DNA of 64,000 nt from Bacteroidota bacterium (GCA_030834125.1 JAURFW010000001.1:4821-68820), one strand, 5' to 3'. Positions 47,852 through 58,022 are shown, counted from the stretch's first letter. The notes: generated by a model from the sequence alone, not told the origin. Program-made: numbers and translations.

Positions 47852-50120
47852 TTAATTTCTTAGTGGAATTAATACCAGATATTTCATCGAATAACTTAAC
47901 ATAATATACTCCGGGAGCCCAATTCACCATTGGGATTCTAATTCCCGCCTCATTTTTATTAATTATTGAAACATACTCTAGTTGGGCATTAGAGTTAAAT
48001 ACAAAAACCGAAATATTACTATTAAAATGTGTATTTACAATAATATTTCCATTAGAATTCACTGGATTAGGATACATGCTAAAGTCTAATTTTTTTATAT
48101 AGTCGTTAGAAGCATCGGGTTTTTTAGTTCGTGTATTTTTCCAATAGGTTAGCCCTCCCCTCGTATTTCCTAATAAAATTTCAGGAATTGAATCGTTATT
48201 TAAATCTGCAGAGGCAATTGCAAGCCCACCATCTAATAATGCAATTATTGTATCTGACAACATATTTTGTCTAATGAAAAAATCTTCATCTGCAATTAAG
48301 CTATCAAATATATTATGGTTTTCTGGGTGATAAATACGAGCAATTCCATCTTCACCAGTAACTAAAATCTCAACTGAACCATCATTATCAAGATCACTTG
48401 CATTTACAACAGCATTTCCAACTGATGAAAATGTAGGATCAGAAATATCAACTAACCATTTGTTAGATTTCATTCCAAATGCTCGGTTTGAAATAAGGGT
48501 AAATGACATACCTATTCCATCAGTATTTTCAAATAAAGCAATATTTCCATTATAGAATCCAACTAATAAATCATTTTTTCCATCGTTATTATAATCCCAA
48601 ACTGCGGGAGAAGCAGCAGACTCACCTGATTTATTTACATAGTTTAATAAATCATTAGTTGAATATTCAAAAGTTGCTTTCGCAGAAGAACCCGCTGTAT
48701 TCAAATAACAACGTATAGATCCTTTTACATCACCGATTAATAAATCAATATCTCCGTCGTTATCAATATCTCCAAAACAAGGCTTTAATTGCTGAATTCC
48801 TGAATCACTTAAATATAAAAAATCATCGTCCATTAATGTAAATTCTGGAATATCTTTCGTGCCTGTATTTTCAAAATATGCAATCCTATCATTCAAACCT
48901 AGAGTATTGTGATAATCCCCATTATTCGCAATAAATAAATCGATATCACCGTCTTGATCATAATCAAAAAATGCCGGAACTGTTTTTGCTCCTAAATCAA
49001 GCATTTGGTCAACCAAAAAATTTGTTTGTTGTAAATCAAATTTAGCGCTATTAATAGTACCTGTATTCTTGTAATAGTATACTTGTTGTGTTTGTTTGCC
49101 CGTAGATACTGCATTGGGAGCTATAATCATGTCTTTTAACCCGTCTTTATCTACATCCATTACATAGCCAGCTGGAAAAATATAATCATGAAAAGGCTTA
49201 CCATCTAAAAATGCCGTATCGATTGATATCATGGTGTCATAGTAATGAGAATAATCAGCTTTACCATTTTCTAACTTTGTAATAAGTGAAAAATCAAGAT
49301 TAGCTATACACATTTCCTTGTCACCGTCATTATCTTCATCAAAAAACCAACAAGCGGCTCCTCCCAAATGTCTTGGTTTAAGTTTCATGTCAAAATTTAG
49401 ATCTAATGGACAAGTGTTTAAAATTATTTCGGAATTGAAATTTTCCCAAAAATACCCAAAACAATAATCCATATTCTGAAATTCAAAGGTGTCACTGTTC
49501 CAACCCTTTTCCGAACGAACATCCTTAAACATGTAGTATGTTAAATTAAAGGCATCATATGTCACAATATCAATATCACCATCTCCATCTATATCCTCAA
49601 TTGCAGGGATATCGGTTATAGTTCCGCTAAAAGATAAAGGATTATATAAAACGGAAAAGTTACTATCGTATTGATTGCGATAATACCAAGGACCTAAATG
49701 CTCGAATGTAAGAGTATCGCCTGGTTGTGAACGATTTATACTGATTAATAATTTACCACTAGAATTCAAGGTAAATAAATCTAAAAGACCATCACTATTG
49801 AGATCTGCAGTTTTGTAAATATTCCTACCAGATGGAAATTGTTTTTCATATTCTGGTGCATAATTCAACTCTCCTTTGTTGGTTCTTATAAACGGTAATA
49901 ATCTAAAGTCGCTTCTGTCAAAAACAATTAAATCCAAAATATCATCATTATTTATATCAATCTCTGAAAATTGCGGTGAATTAAAACCACCAATAAACGG
50001 ATCAGTTAATTGAAATCCATCAATCTCAACGGGAATACCCTTAGAACTGATATACTGTATTTGTGATTTCAAAACACATCCGCTAAAAAATAAAATTAAA
50101 AAAAATAAATTCTTGATCAT
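47835..50120 (-). CDS. FG-GAP/VCBS-repeat (integrin-alpha-like propeller) protein with a T9SS type-A CTD
   Basis: Repeated DxDxDGxxD calcium loops (DIDGDGDIDIV, DYDQDGDIDLFIAN, DIDNDGDIDLLIGD, DYNNDGKNDLLVG, DLDNDGSVEILV). The C-terminus is MYPNPVNSNG...GVYYVKLF. The start is set at ATG 50120 (MIKNLFFLILFFSGC...). Confidence 0.8.
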   Translation of the reverse strand: MIKNLFFLILFFSGCVLKSQIQYISSKGIPVEIDGFQLTDPFIGGFNSPQFSEIDINNDDILDLIVFDRSDFRLLPFIRTNKGELNYAPEYEKQFPSGRNIYKTADLNSDGLLDLFTLNSSGKLLISINRSQPGDTLTFEHLGPWYYRNQYDSNFSVLYNPLSFSGTITDIPAIEDIDGDGDIDIVTYDAFNLTYYMFKDVRSEKGWNSDTFEFQNMDYCFGYFWENFNSEIILNTCPLDLNFDMKLKPRHLGGAACWFFDEDNDGDKEMCIANLDFSLITKLENGKADYSHYYDTMISIDTAFLDGKPFHDYIFPAGYVMDVDKDGLKDMIIAPNAVSTGKQTQQVYYYKNTGTINSAKFDLQQTNFLVDQMLDLGAKTVPAFFDYDQDGDIDLFIANNGDYHNTLGLNDRIAYFENTGTKDIPEFTLMDDDFLYLSDSGIQQLKPCFGDIDNDGDIDLLIGDVKGSIRCYLNTAGSSAKATFEYSTNDLLNYVNKSGESAASPAVWDYNNDGKNDLLVGFYNGNIALFENTDGIGMSFTLISNRAFGMKSNKWLVDISDPTFSSVGNAVVNASDLDNDGSVEILVTGEDGIARIYHPENHNIFDSLIADEDFFIRQNMLSDTIIALLDGGLAIASADLNNDSIPEILLGNTRGGLTYWKNTRTKKPDASNDYIKKLDFSMYPNPVNSNGNIIVNTHFNSNISVFVFNSNAQLEYVSIINKNEAGIRIPMVNWAPGVYYVKLFDEISGINSTKKLIILPQ

Positions 50121-50135
50121 TTGAATGGTGCTAAC

Positions 50136-50143
50136 CAAAGTTA
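50136..50143 (-). promoter_or_regulatory. Bacteroidota -7 promoter box (minus strand)
   Basis: Plus-strand CAAAGTTA equals TAACTTTG on the minus strand, 15 nt upstream of ATG 50120. It overlaps the alternative TTG at 50138 and so argues against that start. Confidence 0.4.
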
Positions 50144-50175
50144 CGAAGAATATCGGCGAAATAATACAATTAACG

Positions 50176-50183
50176 TATTTTTG
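50176..50183 (+). promoter_or_regulatory. Bacteroidota -7 promoter box
   Basis: TATTTTTG lies 12 nt upstream of ATG 50196 (murF). Confidence 0.45.
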
Positions 50184-50195
50184 ACAATTATAATA

Positions 50196-51509
50196 ATGAC
50201 TGAAATATCTGATTTATACTCAAAATATATAGAATGTAATTACCAAATATCAACAGATACTAGAGATATAACTATTGGTAGTATGTTTATTTGTCTTAGG
50301 GGTGAAAAATACGATGCCAATGCTTTTGCGGATAAAGCAGTAAAAGCTGGAGCCAAATATGTAATAACAGATAATGAATCATGGAGTGGACCACAATATA
50401 TATATGTAAATGACTCAAATATCATTTTGAGTGAATTAGCAAAATTTCACTCGCATCAAGTGAATACAGAGTTTATTGCAGTTGGAGGAAGCAACGGAAA
50501 AACAACAACTAAGGAAATATTATCTCTTATTCTAAGTACTAAATTTAATACTATTCATACTTATGGAAATTTTAATAACCATATTGGAGTTCCATTAACT
50601 CTTCTTAGAGTTCGGCCTGAAACGGATGTAGCAATAATTGAATTAGGAACGAATCATCCAGGTGAGATGGATGTTATTTGTCAGCTATTTCCATATAAAT
50701 ATGGACTTCTTACTAATATAGGTAAAGAGCATTTAGAGGGTTTTGGAGATATAGAGAATGTTGCAAGAGAAGAAAGTGTTTTATATCAGTATTTAATAAA
50801 AAACAATGGTAAAGCAGTTATAAATTCAGATGATGTTTGGTTAGACTCTATGAGCAAGAGGATCTCCAACAAAATCACATATAGCATTAATTCGGATGCT
50901 GATGTTAATGCAAAACTCAGGCAGGAAATGCCCAATATTGAATTTGAGGTTAACAGTACAGTATATGTAGCAAAATACTTGAGTGGAGACTATAATGTAT
51001 ATAATTTATTAGCAGCAACTACTTTAGCTACATATTTTGGATTTTCAATTGAAGAAGCCCTAAAAAATGGTTGTTCTTATAAATCTACAAATAATAGATC
51101 TCAATGGATTGAAACAAATGGTAAAAAGATTTTATTAGATGCATATAATGCTAATCCCAGTAGTGTTCGTGCAGGTTTAGAATCTTTCTCTAAATTATCT
51201 GGAACCAAAGCAGTTTTATTAGGAGACATGTTAGAACTAGGTAATTTCGAAAATCAAGAACATTTGGAAATTTTCAATTTAGCATCCTCTCTTAACTTCA
51301 ATGAGTTACACATTGTTGGCTTTAGATTTAAAGCTGCAGCATTGAATTATCCTTATAAATATGATGATATTGATAGTTTATTAGCTTGGCTTGATACACA
51401 TCCATTAAAAGCTGATTACATATATATAAAAGGTAGTAGAGGCTTAAAAATGGAAAAAGCCTTAGATCACTATGGCCTTAATCCAAATGATTTAATCAAA
51501 ATTTCTTAA
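50196..51509 (+). CDS. murF: UDP-N-acetylmuramoyl-tripeptide--D-alanyl-D-alanine ligase
   Basis: The Mur ligase P-loop VGGSNGKTTTKE and the DAYNANPSS motif. The start is set at ATG 50196. The longer track ORF would overlap the divergent gene. Confidence 0.88.
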   Translation: MTEISDLYSKYIECNYQISTDTRDITIGSMFICLRGEKYDANAFADKAVKAGAKYVITDNESWSGPQYIYVNDSNIILSELAKFHSHQVNTEFIAVGGSNGKTTTKEILSLILSTKFNTIHTYGNFNNHIGVPLTLLRVRPETDVAIIELGTNHPGEMDVICQLFPYKYGLLTNIGKEHLEGFGDIENVAREESVLYQYLIKNNGKAVINSDDVWLDSMSKRISNKITYSINSDADVNAKLRQEMPNIEFEVNSTVYVAKYLSGDYNVYNLLAATTLATYFGFSIEEALKNGCSYKSTNNRSQWIETNGKKILLDAYNANPSSVRAGLESFSKLSGTKAVLLGDMLELGNFENQEHLEIFNLASSLNFNELHIVGFRFKAAALNYPYKYDDIDSLLAWLDTHPLKADYIYIKGSRGLKMEKALDHYGLNPNDLIKIS

Positions 51510-52528
51510 GTGAACAGGAGTATTCCAGCTCCAGTTAATACCATGTTTATAATTGCTAACGGAATCATTGATTTCCAACCTAAATGCATTAATTGATCAT
51601 ATCTAAATCTTGGTAAGGTCCAACGAATCCACATAAATACAAAGATGAAGAATGAAATTTTCAAAAACATTACAGCAACCTGTGCAATTCCTAACCAAAG
51701 GGGATCAGAAATTGATGTCATTCCGGGGAAATTATAACCTCCTAGATAAACGCTTGCCATTAATGCACTTGATACAAACATATTAACGTATTCTGAAAAA
51801 AGATAAAAACCTAATTTCATACTTGAATACTCGGTGTGATAACCACCAATAAGCTCGGTTTCACATTCAGGTAAATCAAAAGGTGCTCTATTACATTCGG
51901 CTAATGCACAGATAAAGAATATCAAAAAGCCTAGAGGTTGATAAAAAATATTCCAGTTCATCCCCTCCTGTTGAGCAACTATTTCTCTTAAGCTCAATGT
52001 TCCACTCATCATTATTACAGCAATCAGAGCTAAACCCATGCTTAATTCATAAGATATCATTTGTGCACTAGCTCTAATAGCTCCAAAAAGAGAATATTTA
52101 TTGTTACTTGCCCATCCACCAATCATAATTCCGTATACACCAACCGAAACAATACCCATTATATATAATACACCTATGTTCACATCGGCAACTTGAAGCA
52201 TTACCATTCGATCTCCAATTGGTATTTCAGTTCCCCATGGAATAACTGCACTAGTAATAGTAGCGGTAACCATGGCAACTGCAGGGCCAAGAATAAACAT
52301 CCATTTTTCAGCAGTTTTAGGAATGAATTCTTCTTTGAAAAAGAGTTTTCCTGCATCCGCTATAGGTTGTAAAAGTCCAAATATACCTGCACGATTAGGG
52401 CCAATCCTATCTTGCATAAAAGCTGCAACTTTACGTTCTCCGTATGTGAGATAAGCTGCAATTCCCAAAGTTACAAGTGTTAAAATTGAAACTAAAATTG
52501 TTTTTTCTAATAATAACGCACTATCCAT
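51506..52528 (-). CDS. nuoH: NADH-quinone oxidoreductase subunit H
   Basis: A 340-aa ND1 homologue, with ERKVAAFMQDRIGPNR and PFDLPECETELIGGYHTEYS. Confidence 0.93.
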   Translation of the reverse strand: MDSALLLEKTILVSILTLVTLGIAAYLTYGERKVAAFMQDRIGPNRAGIFGLLQPIADAGKLFFKEEFIPKTAEKWMFILGPAVAMVTATITSAVIPWGTEIPIGDRMVMLQVADVNIGVLYIMGIVSVGVYGIMIGGWASNNKYSLFGAIRASAQMISYELSMGLALIAVIMMSGTLSLREIVAQQEGMNWNIFYQPLGFLIFFICALAECNRAPFDLPECETELIGGYHTEYSSMKLGFYLFSEYVNMFVSSALMASVYLGGYNFPGMTSISDPLWLGIAQVAVMFLKISFFIFVFMWIRWTLPRFRYDQLMHLGWKSMIPLAIINMVLTGAGILLFT

Positions 52529-52529
52529 T

Positions 52530-53498
52530 TTAAGCTTTATTTAGTAAAGTTGTATGTTTTGGGGTTTCCTTTTCGTAATGATTTGCAGAGATAACACTAT
52601 GTCGTTTAATCTTTCTTGGTCCTTCAATATTCCATTGATTCGTATCCTTTTTATTAAATCGGCAATCATTACAAATAAATTCTTTAACCTCACCATATTC
52701 ATCTTTTCTCGCAGTTACACGTGCAATTTCATCGCCTATCATCCAAACCACAGCTTTTCCTGAACATTTATCGCAATTACACGATGCATCCATCGGTTTC
52801 GTATACCAAACACGACTTTTAAATCTAAAGGTCTTATCTGTTAATGCACCAACAGGACAAACATCGATTACATTTCCAATGAATTCATTATCAAGACTAT
52901 TTTCGATAAATGTTCCAATTTCTGCAGCATCACCCCTTTTAAGAACGCCATGTTCTCTTTTTTCAGTTAACTGATTAGCCGTGTAAACACATCTGTAACA
53001 CAAAATACATCTAGTCATGTGAAGTTTGATATATTCACCGATATCTATCTTATCGAATTCTCTACGGTTGAATTCATATCTGGTCTTTGAATGTCCATGT
53101 TCATAAGCAAGATCTTGCAAATGGCATTCACCAGCTTGATCACAAATTGGACAATCTAAAGGATGATTCATTAAAAGGAATTCAACAACTCCACCTCTAG
53201 CTTTCACTACTCTTTCACTAGATTTATTTTTAATTTCCATGCCGTCCATAACTGTCGTTGAACAACTGGCCATAAGCTTAGGCATTGGTCGGGGATCTTT
53301 TTCACTTCCTTTAGAAACTTCTACTAAGCAAGTTCTACATTTTCCTCCGCTACCTTTTAACGAAGAGTAATAACACATTGCTGGGGGAACAATATCACCT
53401 CCTATTTGCCTAGCAGCATTTAGTATGGTGGTCCCAGGCTCAACTTCAATTGTTTTGCCGTCAATGGTAACTTTGAATTTTTGAATTTCCTCGGACAT
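52530..53498 (-). CDS. nuoG: NADH-quinone oxidoreductase subunit G, short Fe-S-only form
   Basis: N-terminal 2Fe-2S (CYYSSLKGSGGKCRTCLV), HPLDCPICDQAGEC and CILCYRCV cluster motifs. The molybdopterin-like C-terminal domain is absent, as is usual in Bacteroidota. Confidence 0.85.
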   Translation of the reverse strand: MSEEIQKFKVTIDGKTIEVEPGTTILNAARQIGGDIVPPAMCYYSSLKGSGGKCRTCLVEVSKGSEKDPRPMPKLMASCSTTVMDGMEIKNKSSERVVKARGGVVEFLLMNHPLDCPICDQAGECHLQDLAYEHGHSKTRYEFNRREFDKIDIGEYIKLHMTRCILCYRCVYTANQLTEKREHGVLKRGDAAEIGTFIENSLDNEFIGNVIDVCPVGALTDKTFRFKSRVWYTKPMDASCNCDKCSGKAVVWMIGDEIARVTARKDEYGEVKEFICNDCRFNKKDTNQWNIEGPRKIKRHSVISANHYEKETPKHTTLLNKA

Positions 53499-53499
53499 A

Positions 53500-54852
53500 T
53501 TATGCGTTCACTTTTTCAAAAACTTTTTCTGATATCAAACCGTAATTTCTTTTAGTAGCCTCGTTAGGGTTAGTAACGTGCCATTCGAATTCTTCTCTAA
53601 AATGTCTAATAGCAGCAGCCACGGGCCAAGCTGCAGCATCTCCTAGCGGACAAATTGTATTTCCCTCAATATTGCCTTGAATATCCCATAGAAGATCAAT
53701 ATCCTCCATTGTTCCACGTCCATTTTCTAAACGGTGAAGAACTTTTTCCATCCATCCCGTCCCCTCTCTACAAGGTGAACATTGTCCGCAACTTTCATGA
53801 TGATAAAATCTTGAAAAATTCCATGTATTCCTTACTATACATTGGTCTTCGTCGTACACAATAAAACCACCGGAACCTAACATACTGCCTGTTGCAAAAC
53901 CTCCTTCAGCAAGACTTTCATAAGTCATTAATCGATCATTACTTTCAGCGGTTTTAGTGATTAAAAAGTGAGGTAAAATTGGTACAGAAGAACCTCCAGG
54001 TACACATGCTTTAATTTTTTTACCGTTTTTAATACCTCCACAGTATTCTTCGCTATATATAAATTCTTCAACAGATAAACCTAATTCAATCTCATAAACT
54101 CCTGGATTATTTATATTTCCCGATGCAGATATTAATTTTGTACCAGTACTTCTTCCGATTCCAATCTTAGCATACTCATCGCCACCATTATTAACGATAG
54201 GAACAACTGCAGCAATGGTTTCAACATTATTAACAACTGTTGGTCTTTGCCATAATCCTTGAACCGCTGGAAATGGTGGTTTCATCCTAGGATTCCCTCT
54301 ATTGCCCTCTAAACTTTCAATCAATGCTGTTTCCTCTCCGCAAATATAAGCACCTGCACCAGGGGTAACTGACAAATCTAAATCAAAGCCGCTTCCAAGT
54401 ATATTCTTTCCTAACCATCCGTTTGCATATGCTTCTGCTATAGCTTTCTCCAGAATTCTAAGCACAAACATATATTCTCCTCGTATGTATATGTACGATT
54501 GATTTGCGCCTAATGCAAATGAAGAAAGTATCATACCCTCAATTAATAAATGAGGAATTTTTTCCATTAAATATCTATCCTTGAAGGTCCCTGGCTCACT
54601 TTCATCGGCATTGCACAATAAATGTCTAGGAACACCTTCTGGCTTTGCTAAGAAACTCCATTTCATTCCCGTAGGAAATCCTGCTCCTCCTCTACCCCTT
54701 AATCCACTTTTCTTAACTTCTTCAACAATATCATCCGGAGACATTTTTTTTAATGCCTTTTCAACTGCCGAATATCCACCATTCTTTCTGTATACATCGT
54801 AGGAATTGATACCTTCAATGTGCACATTTTCTAATAGTAACTTCTTAGTCAT
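53500..54852 (-). CDS. nuoF: NADH-quinone oxidoreductase subunit F
   Basis: GLRGRGGAGFPTGMKW (FMN/NADH site) and ESCGQCSPCREG (N3 cluster). Confidence 0.93.
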   Translation of the reverse strand: MTKKLLLENVHIEGINSYDVYRKNGGYSAVEKALKKMSPDDIVEEVKKSGLRGRGGAGFPTGMKWSFLAKPEGVPRHLLCNADESEPGTFKDRYLMEKIPHLLIEGMILSSFALGANQSYIYIRGEYMFVLRILEKAIAEAYANGWLGKNILGSGFDLDLSVTPGAGAYICGEETALIESLEGNRGNPRMKPPFPAVQGLWQRPTVVNNVETIAAVVPIVNNGGDEYAKIGIGRSTGTKLISASGNINNPGVYEIELGLSVEEFIYSEEYCGGIKNGKKIKACVPGGSSVPILPHFLITKTAESNDRLMTYESLAEGGFATGSMLGSGGFIVYDEDQCIVRNTWNFSRFYHHESCGQCSPCREGTGWMEKVLHRLENGRGTMEDIDLLWDIQGNIEGNTICPLGDAAAWPVAAAIRHFREEFEWHVTNPNEATKRNYGLISEKVFEKVNA

Positions 54853-55378
54853 TGATCATTCCCATATAATTGGCTGTTGGATTAGCCCTGTACTCATCAA
54901 TTAAAGCATCAACTTTTTCTTCGGTTAGATGCTCATGAAAATTCTCTCCTGCTTGTAACATTGGCGCATAACCACAAGCGCCTAAACATTCAACACCTTT
55001 CAATGTAAATATTCCATCTTTCGTAGTTTCCCCAACTTTTATACCCAATCTTTTCTCAATGTGGGTGATAATTCGCTCCGCCCCTTCAATCATGCAAGGA
55101 CCAGTTTGGCAAACCTCTAATTTCACTTTACCTGTTTTTTTTGTGTCATACATGCTGTAAAACGTAGCAACTTCATATACTTCTATGGGTTGAATGTGCA
55201 ACATTCTAGCAATGTAATCCATTACTTCCACCGATAACCATCCAAAATGGGCCTGGGCAATGTGCAATATTCTTAATAATGCAGATTTCTGTTTGCCTTC
55301 TGGAAACAATTGGATAACTCTGTTGCATTCATCGAGAATGGATTGTGGAAATTCTATATTTTTTTCAGTACTCGTCAC
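54845..55378 (-). CDS. nuoE: NADH-quinone oxidoreductase subunit E
   Basis: Thioredoxin-like 2Fe-2S pattern (CQTGPC...CLGACGYAP). Confidence 0.9.
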   Translation of the reverse strand: MTSTEKNIEFPQSILDECNRVIQLFPEGKQKSALLRILHIAQAHFGWLSVEVMDYIARMLHIQPIEVYEVATFYSMYDTKKTGKVKLEVCQTGPCMIEGAERIITHIEKRLGIKVGETTKDGIFTLKGVECLGACGYAPMLQAGENFHEHLTEEKVDALIDEYRANPTANYMGMIND

Positions 55379-55390
55379 GATAAATAATAA

Positions 55391-56611
55391 TTATGCGTCT
55401 AACTCCCCTGCAATGACATTCATACTACTCATGGTGAGAATAGCGTCTGAAAGCAATGCCCCTTTAATCATTTCAGGATAAGCTTGATAATAAATAAAAC
55501 ATGGTCTTCTGAAGTGCAATCGATAAGGTGTTCGGCCACCATCAGAAACCAAATAATAACCTAATTCACCATTCCCACCTTCCACACTGTGGTAAACCTC
55601 GCCTTTTGGAATAGCAGTTTCACCCATAATAATCTTGAAATGATATATTAGGGCCTCCATACTTGAATATACTTCTTCTTTCGGAGGAAGATAAAAATCT
55701 GGAATATCGGCGTGGTAACTACCGTCGGGCATATTATCTAATGCCTGTTGAATGATTTTTAGACTTTCTCGAATTTCTTGCTGTCTTACCATAAAGCGAT
55801 CATAAGTGTCACCATCGGACCCTATAGGAATCTCAAAATCAAAATCTTCATATGAAGAATATGGTTTCATTACTCGAACATCGTAATCAACTCCTGCAGC
55901 TCTCAGATTTGGCCCTGCAAAAGAATAACTTAACGCTTTATCTGCACTTATTGGTCCAGCTCCAACACACCTATCCATGAAAATTCGATTTCGTTCAAGC
56001 AAACTTCCAAATTCATCGAATCTTTTGGGGAATTCTTTAAGAAATGCATTCAATTTTGAATAAAAATCTGGAGTGAAATCTCTATCAAAACCACCTATTC
56101 TTCCAACATTAGTAGTTAATCTAGCTCCACAAATTTCTTCGTAAAGGTCATATATTTTCTCCCTTTCTTGGAACATGTAAGTGAAACCTGTTAAGGCACC
56201 GGTATCAACACCAATTACGGAATTACAAACAAGATGGTCAGCAATACGCGCTAATTCCATAACAATAACTCTCATGTAATCTACCTTTTTTGGCATTTCA
56301 GCTCCAATTAACTTTTCTACAGTCATATGCCACCCAATATTATTAATTGGAGAGGAACAATAGTTAAGTCTATCAGTAATAGGTGTTATTTGATTATATG
56401 GTCTTCTTTCAGATAACTTTTCAAAAGCTCTATGGATATATCCAATCGTCTGCTCCGCACTTATAATTCTTTCACCATCAACCTTTAATATATTTTGAAA
56501 AATACCATGCGTTGCTGGATGTGTAGGGCCTAAATTAAGTGTGGCTATTTGTCCATCGATTGTCTCGGTTGAAACCGCAGCGTTTTGTCGTTTTAAATCT
56601 AACTCAATCAT
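55391..56611 (-). CDS. nuoD: NADH-quinone oxidoreductase subunit D
   Basis: 406 aa, with LNLGPTHPATHG, ERRPYNQ and a C-terminus MNVIAGELDA typical of the 49-kDa subunit. Confidence 0.93.
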   Translation of the reverse strand: MIELDLKRQNAAVSTETIDGQIATLNLGPTHPATHGIFQNILKVDGERIISAEQTIGYIHRAFEKLSERRPYNQITPITDRLNYCSSPINNIGWHMTVEKLIGAEMPKKVDYMRVIVMELARIADHLVCNSVIGVDTGALTGFTYMFQEREKIYDLYEEICGARLTTNVGRIGGFDRDFTPDFYSKLNAFLKEFPKRFDEFGSLLERNRIFMDRCVGAGPISADKALSYSFAGPNLRAAGVDYDVRVMKPYSSYEDFDFEIPIGSDGDTYDRFMVRQQEIRESLKIIQQALDNMPDGSYHADIPDFYLPPKEEVYSSMEALIYHFKIIMGETAIPKGEVYHSVEGGNGELGYYLVSDGGRTPYRLHFRRPCFIYYQAYPEMIKGALLSDAILTMSSMNVIAGELDA

Positions 56612-57096
56612 CTTCCAAAATATTTGTCTGATTTATCATTACGAGTTTCATCCTCTAATTTATATTCTTTTCTCATAGGATGATAGTCCATATCATCCAA
56701 GTTTAAAATTCTCTTCAAATTAGGGTGCCCAGTAAAGATAATGCCGTAAAAATCAAAAGTTTCTCTTTCCATCCAATTCGCAGCATTATAAAGATCTACA
56801 ATACTAGATACCTCATTCTTTTCAGTCGTTAAATTTACCTTGATTCTTACCCTTAAATTCTCAATGAGATTTTGAACATGATATACTACCTGATATTCGT
56901 ACTCTGTATCGGGGTAATGTGCCCCCGTTAAATCTATTAGGTATTGGTACCCATTTTCTTTTAGAGCTTTAATAACATCAAACAATAAATCACTCGAAAC
57001 AATAAAGTTATGTTCATTCCAATTATCTAAACTATAAGAAGCCGAATCATCAACTGCTTCGATAATAGTTCTGGTATTTTCAAAAAAATCTGGCAT
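56608..57096 (-). CDS. nuoC: NADH-quinone oxidoreductase subunit C
   Basis: A 30-kDa-subunit pattern (ANWMERETFDFYGIIFTGHPNLKRIL). Confidence 0.9.
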   Translation of the reverse strand: MPDFFENTRTIIEAVDDSASYSLDNWNEHNFIVSSDLLFDVIKALKENGYQYLIDLTGAHYPDTEYEYQVVYHVQNLIENLRVRIKVNLTTEKNEVSSIVDLYNAANWMERETFDFYGIIFTGHPNLKRILNLDDMDYHPMRKEYKLEDETRNDKSDKYFGR

Positions 57097-57638
57097 TATT
57101 GCTGTTCAATATTATAGCTTTCTAACATCTTTTTGTACTCTGCACTATCTCTTCGTCTTAAACTTTCATTTTTAGCCAGTTCTTGAATTTTCAATACCCC
57201 TTCAATAATTTGTTCAGGCCTTGGCGGACAACCTGGAACGTAAACGTCAACTGGAATTACATGATCTATACCTTGCAAAACACTATATGTATCGAATATT
57301 CCACCGCTTGAAGCACAGGCACCAACCGACAAAACCCATTTCGGCTCTGCCATTTGGTCGTAAACTTTCTTCAAAACTGGACCAAGTTTCTTTGAAATAG
57401 TACCAGCGACAATTAATAAATCGGCTTGTCTTGGACTAAAACTCATTCTTTCACTTCCAAAACGAGCTAAATCATAATTTGGACCCATAGTTGCCATAAA
57501 CTCAATACCGCAACAACTGGTAGCAAAAGGCAAAGGCCATAAGGAATTAGCTCTTGCTAAACCTATTACTTTATCGAAAGATGTGGCAAAGAAACCTTGT
57601 CCTTCTAATCCTTCAGGGGAATTTACAATTTTTACCAT
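57096..57638 (-). CDS. nuoB: NADH-quinone oxidoreductase subunit B
   Basis: [15 protein letters not shown] and the PGCPP N2 cluster ligands. Confidence 0.93.
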   Translation of the reverse strand: MVKIVNSPEGLEGQGFFATSFDKVIGLARANSLWPLPFATSCCGIEFMATMGPNYDLARFGSERMSFSPRQADLLIVAGTISKKLGPVLKKVYDQMAEPKWVLSVGACASSGGIFDTYSVLQGIDHVIPVDVYVPGCPPRPEQIIEGVLKIQELAKNESLRRRDSAEYKKMLESYNIEQQ

Positions 57639-57648
57639 TTTCGTTAAG

Positions 57649-58014
57649 TTATTTCTCCCATTCTAATGCACCTTTTTTCCATACATAGAGGAATCCAGCA
57701 AGAAAAAATCCAACAAATGTTAGGACGGCTGCAAAACCTTCCCATCCCATTTCTTTAAAATTTACTGCATATGGATAAAAAAATATCACCTCCACATCAA
57801 ATAACACGAACAGAATTGCAGAAAGAAAATATTTCACAGATACTGGAAATCTCGCATCTCCATCACTCACTATTCCACACTCGAAATTTTCTAACTTATT
57901 CTTAGTCTTTTTCTTAGGTCCAAGTATTTGTGATAATGTTAAAGCTAACACTACAAACCCGATAGAAAATCCGATTTGAATAAGTATCGGAATATAACTT
58001 TCTGGATTATTCAT
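57649..58014 (-). CDS. nuoA: NADH-quinone oxidoreductase subunit A
   Basis: A 121-aa, 3-TM ND3 homologue (YECG-like [14 protein letters not shown]). Confidence 0.9.
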   Translation of the reverse strand: MNNPESYIPILIQIGFSIGFVVLALTLSQILGPKKKTKNKLENFECGIVSDGDARFPVSVKYFLSAILFVLFDVEVIFFYPYAVNFKEMGWEGFAAVLTFVGFFLAGFLYVWKKGALEWEK

Positions 58015-58022
58015 ATTTGCGA

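Noticed and set aside
50121-50195. The murF ORF extension (MNGANQSYEEY...) overlaps the divergent FG-GAP gene.
   Set aside because: Exact -7 boxes for both divergent genes lie inside this stretch (50136-50143 minus strand, 50176-50183 plus strand). The MurF homology starts at MTEISDLY (ATG 50196).
27644-51505. The 24-kb wedge between the nuo halves could be a genomic island or mobile element.
   Set aside because: I could see no integrase, transposase, phage or conjugation gene, no flanking direct repeats and no tRNA at the borders. The content is core metabolism (lpx, murF, hppA). It is reported as an operon split rather than a mobile element.
52530-53498. NuoG is only 322 aa, which could indicate truncation or a pseudogene.
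   Set aside because: All N-terminal Fe-S motifs are intact and the gene abuts nuoF and nuoH with 1-nt gaps. The short Fe-S-only NuoG is, as far as I know, the normal form in Bacteroidota.
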